This document shows, in pieces, positions 35,742-45,722 of a DNA stretch of 56,029 bases (within the stretch, counting starts at the first letter, position 1; each line of letters starts with the position of its first letter). The notes below the pieces were generated by a model. That model searched no databases. It saw nothing but the letters and a program-made list of their open reading frames with translations, and was not told where the DNA came from. The stretch is from a virus (taxonomy: Duplodnaviria > Caudoviricetes), in the IMG/VR virus record IMGVR_UViG_3300021559_000001, positions 1 through 56,029 of that record; one strand, 5' to 3'. Both the position numbers and the translations under genes were made by a program.

Positions 35742-37063
35742 TCTAAATCCTCCGCGCGATTTTCAAAGGCTGTAATGTGGCCCAGCCAGGTTAGCTCGAT
35801 TTTGCCGGTTGGTCCGTTACGCTGTTTCCAGAGCAGTAATTCCGCCATGCCGTGCAGGTCCTCACGTTCCCGATGGAGCATCTCTGGGCGCCACACGAAG
35901 GCTACTGCGTCGGCGTCCTGCTCAATACTCCCAGAGTCTCTCAGGTCATGAAGCGCTGGCGCGCGGCGCTCTTTCAGATTGTCCCGGTTTAACTGTGACA
36001 AGAGGTGTACATTCACATCCTCGTCAGCGGCCAGGAGTTTCAATTGCCGGGTGATCTCGGAGACTTCCGCGTTCCGGTTGGCGTGCTTTCCTATCGATTG
36101 CAAAAGTTGAAGGTAGTCGATTACCACCATGAAAACATCCTGCTGCTTGGTTTTCTTCCGCCGAACCGCGGCACGGATCGCGCTCACGGTCGAGATTCCA
36201 TATTCGGCGATCCAGAGCGGCCAACTCAAGATTTGCTGGATGGCTTTCTGTATCCGCGTGCGTTCATCACTGTTTAGATATCCGGCCCGGAGTTTCGCGC
36301 CATCGACTCGGGAAAGGGTGCACATCATCCGCGTGAACAATGAGGCCCGCGACATCTCTAGCGAAAAAATCAGAACACCCAATCCGGCTTGAGCTACAGC
36401 CATGGCAACCTGAACCGCGGCCGCACTCTTACCCATCGATGGATTGCCGGCGAGCAAAAATAGTTCCTTGCGCCTGTACCCCCCGGTCATATCGGTCAGT
36501 TTCACCCAGGGGGTTTTGACGAAGGTCGCGGTTTGGTGGGGATTCAAGAAACGGTCAAGTCCTCCAGACTGTTCGATCACCTGTTCCAATCCCAGCATCT
36601 CGGCGGTCTGCTCCGGCTTGTAGCCGATCTTTGTGAGCGCATCTTCAGCCAGCGCGATCAGTTCCTTTGAGTCGCCTTGCTTCGCTACGCAGCGGTCGAT
36701 GAGATTTTGTGACGCGAAAATTATTTTACGGAGGGCCGCTTTCTCGCGGATGATGTCTACGTACGATTCCACGCTGGGCATCTCCGGCAACCCGACATCA
36801 AGTGAGGTAAGGTAGCCTACCCCATCCACCGAGGCGAGCTGCTGGCGGTCGTTCAGATAACTGGCAATTGTGATTCGATCGATCTCCAGCCCGGCCGTGT
36901 CCATCGCCTGTAACGCGGCATAGATGCGTCGATGTTTCTCGAGCGTGAAATCGTCCGCCGTGAGAAGTTGAAATACTTCGGCGTGCTTCTGATGTTCCAG
37001 GATAATCGATCCTAAAACCAGGCGCTCCGCTGGCAGGTCGCAGGGTAGGGCTATCTCGTTCAA
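35738..37063 (-). CDS. dnaB: Replicative DNA helicase DnaB
   Basis: AGNPSMGKS, FSLEMS, VIDYLQL, LSQLNR, DLRDSGSIEQDAD, KQRNGPTG. Confidence 0.95.
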   Translation of the reverse strand: MNEIALPCDLPAERLVLGSIILEHQKHAEVFQLLTADDFTLEKHRRIYAALQAMDTAGLEIDRITIASYLNDRQQLASVDGVGYLTSLDVGLPEMPSVESYVDIIREKAALRKIIFASQNLIDRCVAKQGDSKELIALAEDALTKIGYKPEQTAEMLGLEQVIEQSGGLDRFLNPHQTATFVKTPWVKLTDMTGGYRRKELFLLAGNPSMGKSAAAVQVAMAVAQAGLGVLIFSLEMSRASLFTRMMCTLSRVDGAKLRAGYLNSDERTRIQKAIQQILSWPLWIAEYGISTVSAIRAAVRRKKTKQQDVFMVVIDYLQLLQSIGKHANRNAEVSEITRQLKLLAADEDVNVHLLSQLNRDNLKERRAPALHDLRDSGSIEQDADAVAFVWRPEMLHREREDLHGMAELLLWKQRNGPTGKIELTWLGHITAFENRAEDLE

Positions 37064-37084
37064 CTGCGCACTCCTCTCCTAAAT

Positions 37085-38092
37085 CTACGCTTCTTTTGTT
37101 TTCCAAGGTGCTTGCCACGGCTTACCAGGAGCCCGTAAATCGGGGAGTGGACCGTCGCGCGCTCGTCCTAACGGCTTTTTCACAGGATTTACAGGTGTAG
37201 GGACTATCTCCACGGGTCCAAAGTACCGGCATTCGTGACAAGTGCCACAAGGTTTACACCAGAACTCCACTGGACTAGCCTTACGCTTGTTTTCAGTTTG
37301 TTGTGGAACTGAATGGATTTCTTGTTCGCTTTCCTTGCGCCCTGGTTTTGGGTTGCCGCCGATCTTCTTCGGCTTGACTCCAGCCTGGGGCCAGGTGTTC
37401 GGAATCGCCCAGTAGGTTTGAACCGAACCGCGCCGGCCACTGGATCCGATGAAGCCGCATAGTTCCGCTTTTTTGAGATCCGCTTCCACCTCGCTCTTGT
37501 TGAGCCCGGTGCGCCGGCAGAATTCCTCAACCTTGATTTCGGCGGGGTGTATCCAGATTTCGCCGGCCCGTCCGTCCTTTCCTGGATTCCAGCGCATCGT
37601 TTCCAGGGCGATCAGGAGCACACACAGGAATGTGCCGCGGTCCACGGCGCGCTGGACGTTGAGAAATAGGCTGTGGGGAATTAGAATGTCCCGGTCCAGT
37701 GTGAAGGAGGTGGTTTTTTTGCACTGCGGGCAATTTCCGAAAGCCTCTGGACCGTCGTAATCTATCTTACGAACTAGGCTGTACTCGTATCCGCGGCCGG
37801 TTTTTGTCCGGTTAATGAGATGGTCTTCGAGTTCCAGGCGTGCTAATGTCTTCTGGCAGGTGCGCTCTTCCTGTCGGCAATGCTCTGCGAAAGTTGCCAG
37901 TGTTAGAGTGTTTCGCGTGTACGTTTTTTGATAGCCGAAAGATTCAATCAATATCAGACTCAGGCATCCGATTTCGCATTGCGTCATCTGGCCTGGACCA
38001 AACAGGGTTAAATCAGCTGCCCGCGTTCGGACCATCTTACCTTTGATACCTGTCGGGAATGGATCAGGAGGTGAGATTGGCGTCGTGCTCAC
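37085..38092 (-). CDS. Putative replication initiator (two HTH-like regions, Zn ribbon)
   Basis: Directly upstream of dnaB; wHTH-like patterns; CPQC and CGTCHEC. Confidence 0.55.
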   Translation of the reverse strand: MSTTPISPPDPFPTGIKGKMVRTRAADLTLFGPGQMTQCEIGCLSLILIESFGYQKTYTRNTLTLATFAEHCRQEERTCQKTLARLELEDHLINRTKTGRGYEYSLVRKIDYDGPEAFGNCPQCKKTTSFTLDRDILIPHSLFLNVQRAVDRGTFLCVLLIALETMRWNPGKDGRAGEIWIHPAEIKVEEFCRRTGLNKSEVEADLKKAELCGFIGSSGRRGSVQTYWAIPNTWPQAGVKPKKIGGNPKPGRKESEQEIHSVPQQTENKRKASPVEFWCKPCGTCHECRYFGPVEIVPTPVNPVKKPLGRARDGPLPDLRAPGKPWQAPWKTKEA

Positions 38093-38703
38093 GGTACAGT
38101 CTCCCTCCGTAGGAATCTGACAACTTCACCGACGCATATAGGATTTTCAGCGCTGGCGGGGAAGGAGCCCACCCAGGAAATCTCCACCTCTTGACCATTC
38201 ACGCTGAGCCATAAAATTCTATATCCACGGGTGGCGGCTTCGCGGGCTGAAAAAAAAGCTAGTTGCAGTTTTGGTTTTCGATGAACCAACTGGAGGGATG
38301 ATTGTTGAGTACTCACTGGGGAAACCCCCAGTTTCTTCTTGTGTTCGCTGATTGGTTATGATATTCTGGCATCGACGTTGACGGCTCGGGCGGAACTCGG
38401 AAAAGTTAAACCGCTTTGGGCCGTTTTCGCTTTCAAGACCTACCCAGCATATTTCAAACGGTGCCTTTCTTCAACATCTTTTTTTCGCCTACACTTCCCT
38501 TTTCCGGTTAAGACTTAAAGACAATATAGATAGAGTTTTCCAGACAGGAACTCCACTGGCCTAGTTGTGTATAGAAAGTGGACTCGTTTTGGAACTGGGA
38601 CTCTCGCAGGGCTCGGGTATCTCTGGATTGGAATGGAGAGGTAAACGGAGGTTTATCCAAAAATCTTATAGTAGGTGTGGTAAACCTCGGTTCACCTGTC
38701 TAC

Positions 38704-39069
38704 TCACTTTACAGTTGGTAATGCGCGGTAAGTGGTTTCACGGCAGAATATTCCGCATGCTTCGGCCCGCAGTTGGGTTTCGGCGATGATTCGAGCGACG
38801 GAAACGCCGTGGTATTCCTCAAACCTGATTCTTCCCAGCGCATGATACGAATACTTCCCCCTGGTGTGGAATTCCCGATGGAGCGGGATGGCGTCGAGGT
38901 CGCTAGCTTTCTGACTAAGCCCGTGCGATCCGGTATGGGCTGATTCTACCCCATAGGTTCGCCCGGAAACCGCGCAAGGTAAGCCCCGGACGAACTTCAG
39001 GTACTTCGGGTGCTGGACTGGCTTCCGGCTGCGTGGTGAGGCGCTAATAGCTACTGAATAGGCTTTCAT
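38704..39069 (-). CDS. DUF968/HNH-like putative nuclease
   Basis: YLKFVRGLPCAVSG..SAHT..KASD..AIPL..FH. Confidence 0.7.
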   Translation of the reverse strand: MKAYSVAISASPRSRKPVQHPKYLKFVRGLPCAVSGRTYGVESAHTGSHGLSQKASDLDAIPLHREFHTRGKYSYHALGRIRFEEYHGVSVARIIAETQLRAEACGIFCRETTYRALPTVK

Positions 39070-40219
39070 TGCTTTGGACTCTGCATTAACTTATCCACCT
39101 TAGCCAGAGCTGATACTAATCCAGCGTCAACCCGCGCTTGACTCGGTGATACTGGCTTCGGTGGCTTATGCAGATCGAGCACGCTGAGGGCTACCCATAC
39201 ACAGGTCAATTCCTCTTCAGTCAGTTCCAAGTTGTATAGAAGAATGGGCATTAGCGGTTCTTAGGTTCGGATTTTTGTTTGGGTTGAAGGCTGGAAACGG
39301 GCTCAGATTTGCCATTGCGCGAGGGTTGCCGCTGATTGTGAAAGCGGGCGCGCGCTATCAGGTACTCCAGTGTCGAGACTACCCGGTCATGGATCGTGTA
39401 GGAGCTGTTACCCAGTTCCCCCACGATTTCGCGGTAGTGGCGTAAGGCCGTGTTTTCCAGGTCAATCAGATCGGCTTCGGTGGGTGGTTTCATCGACGGG
39501 CCTCGTAAGTTTCAGGCTGGGCATGAAAGCGCTGGGCGCGTCTCCGGTCAGTGGTTCTCAGAACGCGAAACGAAAGCGAAAACCAGCGAATAAACCATTT
39601 GCCGGCCGTGGCGCGGTCCAGGTGAAGGCTCAGGCAATCCGGCAGGGTCGCGGTGCAAATGGCGCAGAACGGGCGGTACAGACCAAAACTCGGCTTTGCT
39701 AGGCGCTCATGGCACATCGGGCACTCCTCCGCGTGTAGAATTGCAAACCATGTCATTCGATCAGATGCCCCATGTGCTCGCAAACGCAATTACCCGGAAT
39801 TTTTGGAATGTCGGTTGGTGGAAGTCCTGAATTAGGATCATGCCGGAAGACTCGCTGGCTTGAGCAATCGAGTCCGTTATTTGACTCTGGCGGCCAGAAT
39901 ACCCAGAGGACACAAGGGAATTCGCCAGCCTTTTCCGCATCGACGCCATGTCCAGATTCAGGGCAGGGCCGTTCCACCAAAAATTGCACCGTCCGCCGTT
40001 CGTTCACCCGCGCCGCCTCTCGCCGCCCTCGTACCCCTTTGAAATTTGCAGACTCGTCGATTGCAAATTCTGCATATGCCTTAAAAACTCCAAGTGCCTT
40101 AACCAACTCGCCGATAGAAATAGATCTCGTGATTGTTCCGCATCGTAAAATCCTGCAATTGCTTCTTGTTCTGATTGGCTCATGATGATCTTATCGGCTG
40201 ATGTTAGAAGTAGCGGCAT
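39066..40219 (-). CDS. Cluster of small hypothetical ORFs (39066-39251, 39251-39493, 39490-~39789, 40004-40219)
   Basis: Overlapping start/stop codons for the first three; some starts uncertain. Confidence 0.45.
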
Positions 40220-40282
40220 AGGACTTTAGTTTGAATTCGGCTGCGATGCGGGGTTCTGGTCGGAGGTCCGCGTGTCGGCTGT

Positions 40283-40546
40283 TCATGACGCCTCCACGAA
40301 CACATGCCAAACGAACGCGCCATTAGGCGTCTGAACGGTATCAATAAACGTGAGCGGGACGCTTGGTACGGTGTGTCCAGTCCCGACAATCCAAACGGCC
40401 CGCCTTTCTTGGGGCCGCTCAGGAGCAACAATCGCCCACACCTGCAATTCCCCGTGTTGCCACTGGGCACGCAGAAAGACGCCACCGCCTGGAATCCTGA
40501 TTTCCTGCCGGTCCTGAATCTTTAGCGTGAATTTCCAGATCGTCAT
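40283..40546 (-). CDS. Conserved phage hypothetical protein (MTIWKF..VGTGH..WHVF)
   Basis: Pattern recognised from small phage proteins; lies between motifs B (40629) and C (40225). Confidence 0.65.
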   Translation of the reverse strand: MTIWKFTLKIQDRQEIRIPGGGVFLRAQWQHGELQVWAIVAPERPQERRAVWIVGTGHTVPSVPLTFIDTVQTPNGAFVWHVFVEAS

Positions 40547-40675
40547 TGCGGCCACTCCATCGGAACACCTTGCCCGTAATAGGCAATCCAGAACGAAACC
40601 AGCACCACGAAGCCGCCCAGCACAGCCGCCGCGCACTGTCGAGCACGGGGCAGGGTCGATAGATAAGCCCAAATT

Positions 40676-41374
40676 CTAAGCATTGTTTTTCTCCAACTGT
40701 CTCCGAAGATTCTGAACCGTCTCCGTCATCAACTGGATCATGTCTTGCGGATCTCGAACCGCTAAACGGTACGTCTCTGGAAACAACTGCTCAAAGTTTG
40801 ACCGTAAGCATGCTACTAGGGAGTTGTAATCGTATACTCCGATACGCAACTTTTCAAGCCGATCAATCGAGGCTTTCGCGCATTCGTAAGCGTTGGTTGG
40901 ATCGGGAATGCGTTCTTCCGTATTTGAATCCGGCTGCGCTGCAAGGTCTGGTGTGGGAGGTCCGCTCGGTGGCGGGTCAATAATGCGTGGACCAACTTTG
41001 GCGTAGCTTCGCGGGCACGTCACACCCCAACCAAAAATATCCCAGTCCTCACCATTCCATTCCGCAATGCGCCAGTTATCCTGATACCACACCCAGTAAT
41101 AGCCTTCGCGCAATGCCGACTCTGAACCGGGCGGTACAGATAAGCCCAAACTATCGGCATCTTTTTTGTTTGAATCCGGCTGTGCTGCAAGGTCTGGGGT
41201 GGGAGGTCCGCCTGTTGGTTGGCTCTCCAGTTTATCAAGCCGTGCGTGAAACCTGTTTCCGCGTGCCTCTAGCTTCATGGTCCGGCGCTGCAACTCATCC
41301 AACTCGATCTTGACCAACTTCGCCAGATGGATTACTTCTGGATTAAGAACCACTGGAGGTCCAGGAATGTTCAT
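40676..41374 (-). CDS. Mosaic protein with motif-derived linkers
   Basis: GPPTPDLAAQPDSN x2 (motif C) and LGLSVPPGSESALREG (motif B) flank a Trp-rich mini-domain. Confidence 0.65.
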   Translation of the reverse strand: MNIPGPPVVLNPEVIHLAKLVKIELDELQRRTMKLEARGNRFHARLDKLESQPTGGPPTPDLAAQPDSNKKDADSLGLSVPPGSESALREGYYWVWYQDNWRIAEWNGEDWDIFGWGVTCPRSYAKVGPRIIDPPPSGPPTPDLAAQPDSNTEERIPDPTNAYECAKASIDRLEKLRIGVYDYNSLVACLRSNFEQLFPETYRLAVRDPQDMIQLMTETVQNLRRQLEKNNA

Positions 41375-41610
41375 CGGGGTTTCTCCAGTTGAACAATCCG
41401 CGTGCTCCAACTGGCTTCAACTCGTTGAAGTTCGGCGCGCCAGAGGTCCCGCATGTCATCGAAACGCTGGTTTACCGCTTCAAAGCGCTTATCCACAGCA
41501 TCGAATCGGCTGTTCATGTGAGACCACAGGAGACCAAACAGCACGCCGTTAAAAATCAGATTGGCGATGATCGGCACGCCAATGGCAAGGTACAACTGCG
41601 TGTTGCTCAT
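41371..41610 (-). CDS. Small TM plus coiled-coil protein, paralog of 44193..44396
   Basis: TQLYLAIGVP..HMNSRFDA..RFDDMRDLWRAEL. Confidence 0.75.
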   Translation of the reverse strand: MSNTQLYLAIGVPIIANLIFNGVLFGLLWSHMNSRFDAVDKRFEAVNQRFDDMRDLWRAELQRVEASWSTRIVQLEKPR

Positions 41611-41687
41611 CAGTACACCCCCTCCTTGAACGCCTGAATCCCTCCCGTGATAGCCAGAGCGCAGATATCCCGGCTGGTCAATTCCAT
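41610..41687 (-). pseudogene. 25-codon duplicate of the 3' end of gene 42513..43103
   Basis: MELTSRDICALAITGGIQAFKEGVY vs ..FELTSRDICALAITGGIQAFREGVY. Confidence 0.8.
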
Positions 41688-41688
41688 T

Positions 41689-42513
41689 TCAATTCTCCTT
41701 TTTGTTTGAATTCGGGCCGTCTTCAAGGTCTAACGCGGTAGGTCCGCCTACTTGCTGTGACTCCGGCAGGTCTGGCCATGGACCATCGATTGATATGCTC
41801 ACCACGAACGGGCGGCAACAGTTCGGGCACGTAACGTCGCAGGAATCGACCCTTGTGAGACTTTTGCCGGGGAGCGTTTCCCGTCGCTCTGCGCCGGTTG
41901 CGCCGAGAATTGTATCAATCAGGAGCGCCTGGTCTACATCAGTGAAGTGCTGATGCTGGGCTAAATATCCAGGCGTGAACACCGCCATCCGAACTTGTTG
42001 GAGTTTACTTTCGAGGCTCTCTATCCATAACTGGGGATCGGGAAAAAACCCGCGCACGTTCGGAATATCCCCGCGCTTGGGTATTTCCGAAGCTTCAGGT
42101 GTTGGCGGCGCCGGTGTAGCCGTCGCGGCTTCCGGTGGCGCGGTGGCGTTGAGGATTGGAGCCATTACCGTATCTGCATACTGGCAAATATAAGCGACGG
42201 CTTCTGGGCCTTGCATCCGGTTCTCCATGATGATTTGAGCACAGGCTCGAAGACAGGCCGCAATGCCGGCATGCCTGTTCGCTTCGAGAATCTTCACATG
42301 CTTGTTGGCCGCGTCAAGTTCGCCCTTAACGTGCGCAAGCTCGCCGAGCATGTTCCACCGTTCGCGTGGACCGCCTTCGCGCAATGCCGATTCGGAAGCG
42401 GGCGGTACCGTCGAGCCCAAACTCTGAACTAACCGATCGAATCGCCATTTGAGATCATCAAGCTGATCCTGAAGTGTTGGGCGCGGTGTTTCTGGTAAAG
42501 GATCGTGAGCCAT
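41689..42513 (-). CDS. Mosaic hypothetical protein containing motifs B and C in frame
   Basis: LGSTVPPASESALREG and GPTALDLEDGPNSNKK. Confidence 0.65.
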   Translation of the reverse strand: MAHDPLPETPRPTLQDQLDDLKWRFDRLVQSLGSTVPPASESALREGGPRERWNMLGELAHVKGELDAANKHVKILEANRHAGIAACLRACAQIIMENRMQGPEAVAYICQYADTVMAPILNATAPPEAATATPAPPTPEASEIPKRGDIPNVRGFFPDPQLWIESLESKLQQVRMAVFTPGYLAQHQHFTDVDQALLIDTILGATGAERRETLPGKSLTRVDSCDVTCPNCCRPFVVSISIDGPWPDLPESQQVGGPTALDLEDGPNSNKKEN

Positions 42514-43103
42514 CAGTACACACCCTCTCTAAAAGCCTGAATCCCCCCAGTAATAGCTAAGGCGCAGATATCCCGGCTGGTCAATTCAAATGGGAAATTC
42601 TGAGTCTTGGCGTAGGCGGTCGCGGCGATGCCGGCGTCAATGGCGGCGATCAGTTGCCGAGCCAGTGTTCTCGATTGTGGGGTGGCCAACGTCGGCGCCG
42701 CGGCCGGCATGACGGCTACAGTCTTGCCGGTTGTGATATGCTCAGAGCCTCCCTTTTGGGCAGTGGATTGAAACGTGATAGGCTGTTGGGCAAGTCCGTT
42801 TAGACCCTTAAGCGCCGGACGGTCCTGATTCGCGTTCTCGGGGCCGTCCGGTTGGGTGATCCTCTCCACCTTCCAGACCGCCGCGTTTCCTTGGCCGATT
42901 GTTTTCGTCAGCGTGAACGGTTCGCCTGGGCCGGCGTGGAGTTTCTGTATTTCATCGTGGGCGATCGGCGGAACGAATAGGGCATGTCCACCTTCGAGGG
43001 TGTAGAGGTATTGAAGTCCGTATTGCCCTTGCTTCTCTTTTGCGGAAGCATAGAGCAAGTTTACGGTGAGCGGTTTGTTGGGGATGATCTTTATGATGGC
43101 CAT
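42513..43103 (-). CDS. Hypothetical protein with a possible OB-fold N-terminus (196 aa)
   Basis: AAGGA RBS after motif C; GQYGLQYLY..FTLTK..WKVE. Confidence 0.6.
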   Translation of the reverse strand: MAIIKIIPNKPLTVNLLYASAKEKQGQYGLQYLYTLEGGHALFVPPIAHDEIQKLHAGPGEPFTLTKTIGQGNAAVWKVERITQPDGPENANQDRPALKGLNGLAQQPITFQSTAQKGGSEHITTGKTVAVMPAAAPTLATPQSRTLARQLIAAIDAGIAATAYAKTQNFPFELTSRDICALAITGGIQAFREGVY

Positions 43104-43107
43104 GGGC

Positions 43108-44196
43108 TTAGGAATCCTTTGTTGTTGAATTCGGCTGGTCTGCGGGGTTCGGAGGTGTGGTCCGCGTACTGGATGCGCCTTCCGCTTTGGCGATGGCTGC
43201 CTCACGCTTCCGTCTTCTCCAATCGTTCAACCCTGGAGCTCCGGCAGTCAGGTAAGCGTCTTCCGCATCCGGTCCGATGGCTTTTGCGCTGGCTTTTGTA
43301 TAACCAAACATTTGCAATTGCTGTTCAATGCGGGCCACTTCCAGGAGTTCCGGCGCGGCAGCGTGAAGGGGGCAATAAACCCATCTGAGCCCTCGAAAAC
43401 TGAAGCCATCGCTATCGTTCGTGAGTCGGCAACCACAGGAGTGCGCACGGTCCTCCCCGCGCATTTCCGTCTGTGAATCGGGCGGTACAGACGCGGCCAA
43501 CCTCTCATTCAACCGGCGCTTACGATCTGCTATTTCGTTCTTAAGACTCATATTCCAAAAGCCTCCCTATGCATCCTATTCTCCTGAATCACTTCGATTC
43601 TCCTTTTGTTGTTGAATTCGGCTGTGATGCGGATTTCGGGTCGGAGGTCCGCTTGCCGAGTTTTATAGCGGCCTTTCGATTGGCCCATGCAACGATCCAA
43701 CTCGGCAGCAATCCTCCGGCGAGAATGAGCCATAATCCGCCGCCGACGTGCCCGACGAGTCGAGTAATGGCGGCGCCGTGTTCATCTAAAATGCAAACGT
43801 ATCCGAACGCGACGCTGAAAAGGATCAGCAAGCCGGTCGTAATCATATGCCGAACGCCTCCCGATGGCCGCGCCGTTCTTCCATTTGATTAAACAGGCTG
43901 ATTGCTTCATCCCTTCGCATTGAAGCGAATACGGAGCCTTCACCCTTGCAAGGTGGGCAGGGTTCAGCGGTTCGGAGTGAGCCTGGGTCTACTCCGTCTC
44001 CTCCGCAATTCTGGCATCCGAGGATTTCTCCCCAGAGGTTGCGAAACTCGTTCCTCGCCGATTCGACCCATCGGCAACCGTCTTCAAGTTCTCGCTCGTA
44101 GTCGGCTCGTGTTTCGCAATCGACTACGCGAACCGTGAGGTTGACTGTTCCAGATTCGCCAGATTCGTTTTCGTAATGGATGCGTCCGTACATCAC
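43108..44196 (-). CDS. Hypothetical ORFs 43108-43551 (HAAAPELL), 43589-43846 (2 TM), 43843-44196 (CxxCxGxG)
   Basis: Coupled ORFs; two end in motif C. Confidence 0.6.
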
Positions 44197-44588
44197 TTGG
44201 CCTCCAGATGCTTCAGGCGGGCGTCGAGCACTTCTTCGACCCGGCGAAGCTCGGCGCGCCAGAGGTCCCGCATGTCATCGAAACGGATATTGATGGCGTC
44301 GAATCGGCTGTTCATGTGCGACCACAGGAGGGCATATAAGGCCGCGTTGAACAGCATGGGCACGCCGATGGCGAGATAGAGTTGGGTGTTGGTCATCGGC
44401 TAGACCTTACCCTTACCATTGGTGTGCTCAGTGGCGATGGCGCGGATGAGCGCGTCCAGGCTGGTCTCGATTCTGGTCATGCGTTCATTGGCTGTTTGCA
44501 TATTCTCGCCGAATTTGAGCATGAGCACCGCCTGCTTTTCCAGAATTGTCTCGATCCGGTCGAACCGTTCCTTGGTTGCTTTATCCAT
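44193..44588 (-). CDS. Two small coiled-coil proteins (44193-44396, 44400-44588)
   Basis: RFDDMRDLWRAELRRVEEVLDARLKHLE; ERFDRIETIL. Confidence 0.7.
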
Positions 44589-44594
44589 ACACCG

Positions 44595-44673
44595 ATTATG
44601 CCATTGTGCCTAGCGGCAAGCAAGAAGTATTTCACCTTAGTTACTTGACGGTAGGCAGGAAAGGCTCTATACT
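44595..44673. promoter_or_regulatory. Divergent sigma70-type promoter pair
   Basis: Minus: TTGCTT-17-CATAAT (44623-44595); plus: TTGACG-17-TATACT (44645-44673). Confidence 0.65.
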
Positions 44674-44842
44674 CGCTTTCAGTGAAAAGATTCAACGTAT
44701 GGTTTGATTCGCTTGTTGAGCCCGGTCGATTCCTGGTTTTCGTGGGGCTTATTATGCCTGCGGCAGTCGCACTCGGCAGTCACCATGCCGGTTTCGCGTG
44801 CCTCTGGTTTCTCGGGTTGGGTATTCTGCGGAAGGGGCGGAT

Positions 44843-45049
44843 TTGAAGCGCAAGAATCAGGCAGCCGTCGCGCTCGGTCGCCTCGGAGGGAAAGCGCGCG
44901 CCTCAAAACTCAGCGATCAGGAACGGGAAGAAATCGCTCGACTTGGGGGACGTGCAAAGGCCGCGAATCGAGCAAACGGGACAGCCGCCGCGCTCGAAAC
45001 AGAAACAGAGCTTGCACAATCTACAAGCCAAAAACAAAAGAAACTCTGA
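44843..45049 (+). CDS. Small basic protein (LGGKARA..EIAR family)
   Basis: KNQAAVALGRLGGKARASKLSDQEREEIAR; TTG start with GAAGGGG RBS. Confidence 0.65.
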   Translation: MKRKNQAAVALGRLGGKARASKLSDQEREEIARLGGRAKAANRANGTAAALETETELAQSTSQKQKKL

Positions 45050-45666
45050 TGCTAAACGCTCACTTCAAACCTCTCCATCAATGGTCCGGTCCTCGGACTG
45101 AAAGCCGGAAGTCTGGCACGTTTCGAGCGGACTGGGTGAGCACGTTGGATCTACTGGAATACGAGCTCAGCAAGTTGCGCGCGAAAGATATCGTGATCCA
45201 ACTCGAAGATCCGGAAGCCATCAAGGGCATCCGCAACGATGGCTCGTACCGAATGTTGAGCCGGTCCTACTATCGGAACCAAGCGGGCGTGATCCTTACC
45301 TTTGAAAGTCCGAAGGGCAATATCTCAATGCCATGCGACCGATACGACGATTGGAAAGACAACCTGCGGGCAATCGCTCTTTCCTTGGAAGCCCTTCGAG
45401 CTGTGGATCGCTACGGAGTCACAAGAGGGAATGAGCAGTATCGAGGGTGGACACAAATCGGAAATGGACATGGAAAGATGGATCGGGCGTCGGCGTTGAA
45501 GCTCATCGAGACCCTGAGCGGCGCTTCTGTCAATCCGAATTCCCCGCCGTCCACCTTTCGTGGCCTATGTCGAAAGCTGAAAATACTTCATCACCCTGAC
45601 CATACAGGCGGTTCACATGAAACCTTTGTAGCTATTGGGCAGGCGGAAGAGGTGTTATGCGGGTGA
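45049..45666 (+). CDS. Phage protein with a C-terminal DnaJ J-domain
   Basis: CDRY..W.DNLRAIALSLEALRAVDRYG and C-terminal HHPDHTGGSHETF. Confidence 0.8.
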   Translation: MLNAHFKPLHQWSGPRTESRKSGTFRADWVSTLDLLEYELSKLRAKDIVIQLEDPEAIKGIRNDGSYRMLSRSYYRNQAGVILTFESPKGNISMPCDRYDDWKDNLRAIALSLEALRAVDRYGVTRGNEQYRGWTQIGNGHGKMDRASALKLIETLSGASVNPNSPPSTFRGLCRKLKILHHPDHTGGSHETFVAIGQAEEVLCG

Positions 45667-45722
45667 AGAATGAGGGTTTGAATTCGGCTAGCCGCTCCCG
45701 TTGGGGTGCGAGGTCCGCGTAA

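Larger units (their letters stand above)
1204..43502 (+). repeat. Dispersed ~50-bp motif, subtype B (CCGCGCAATGCCGA..GAGCCCAAAC)
   Basis: Copies at ~1204-1254, 2483-2534, 3294-3346, 3951-4002 (weak), 4208-4262, 5246-5300, 6683-6736, 8515-8570, 9511-9566, 20286-20338, 22411-22462, 30534-30590, 32362-32408, 35032-35080, 40629-40675, 41106-41153, 42377-42423, 43455-43502. Confidence 0.9.
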
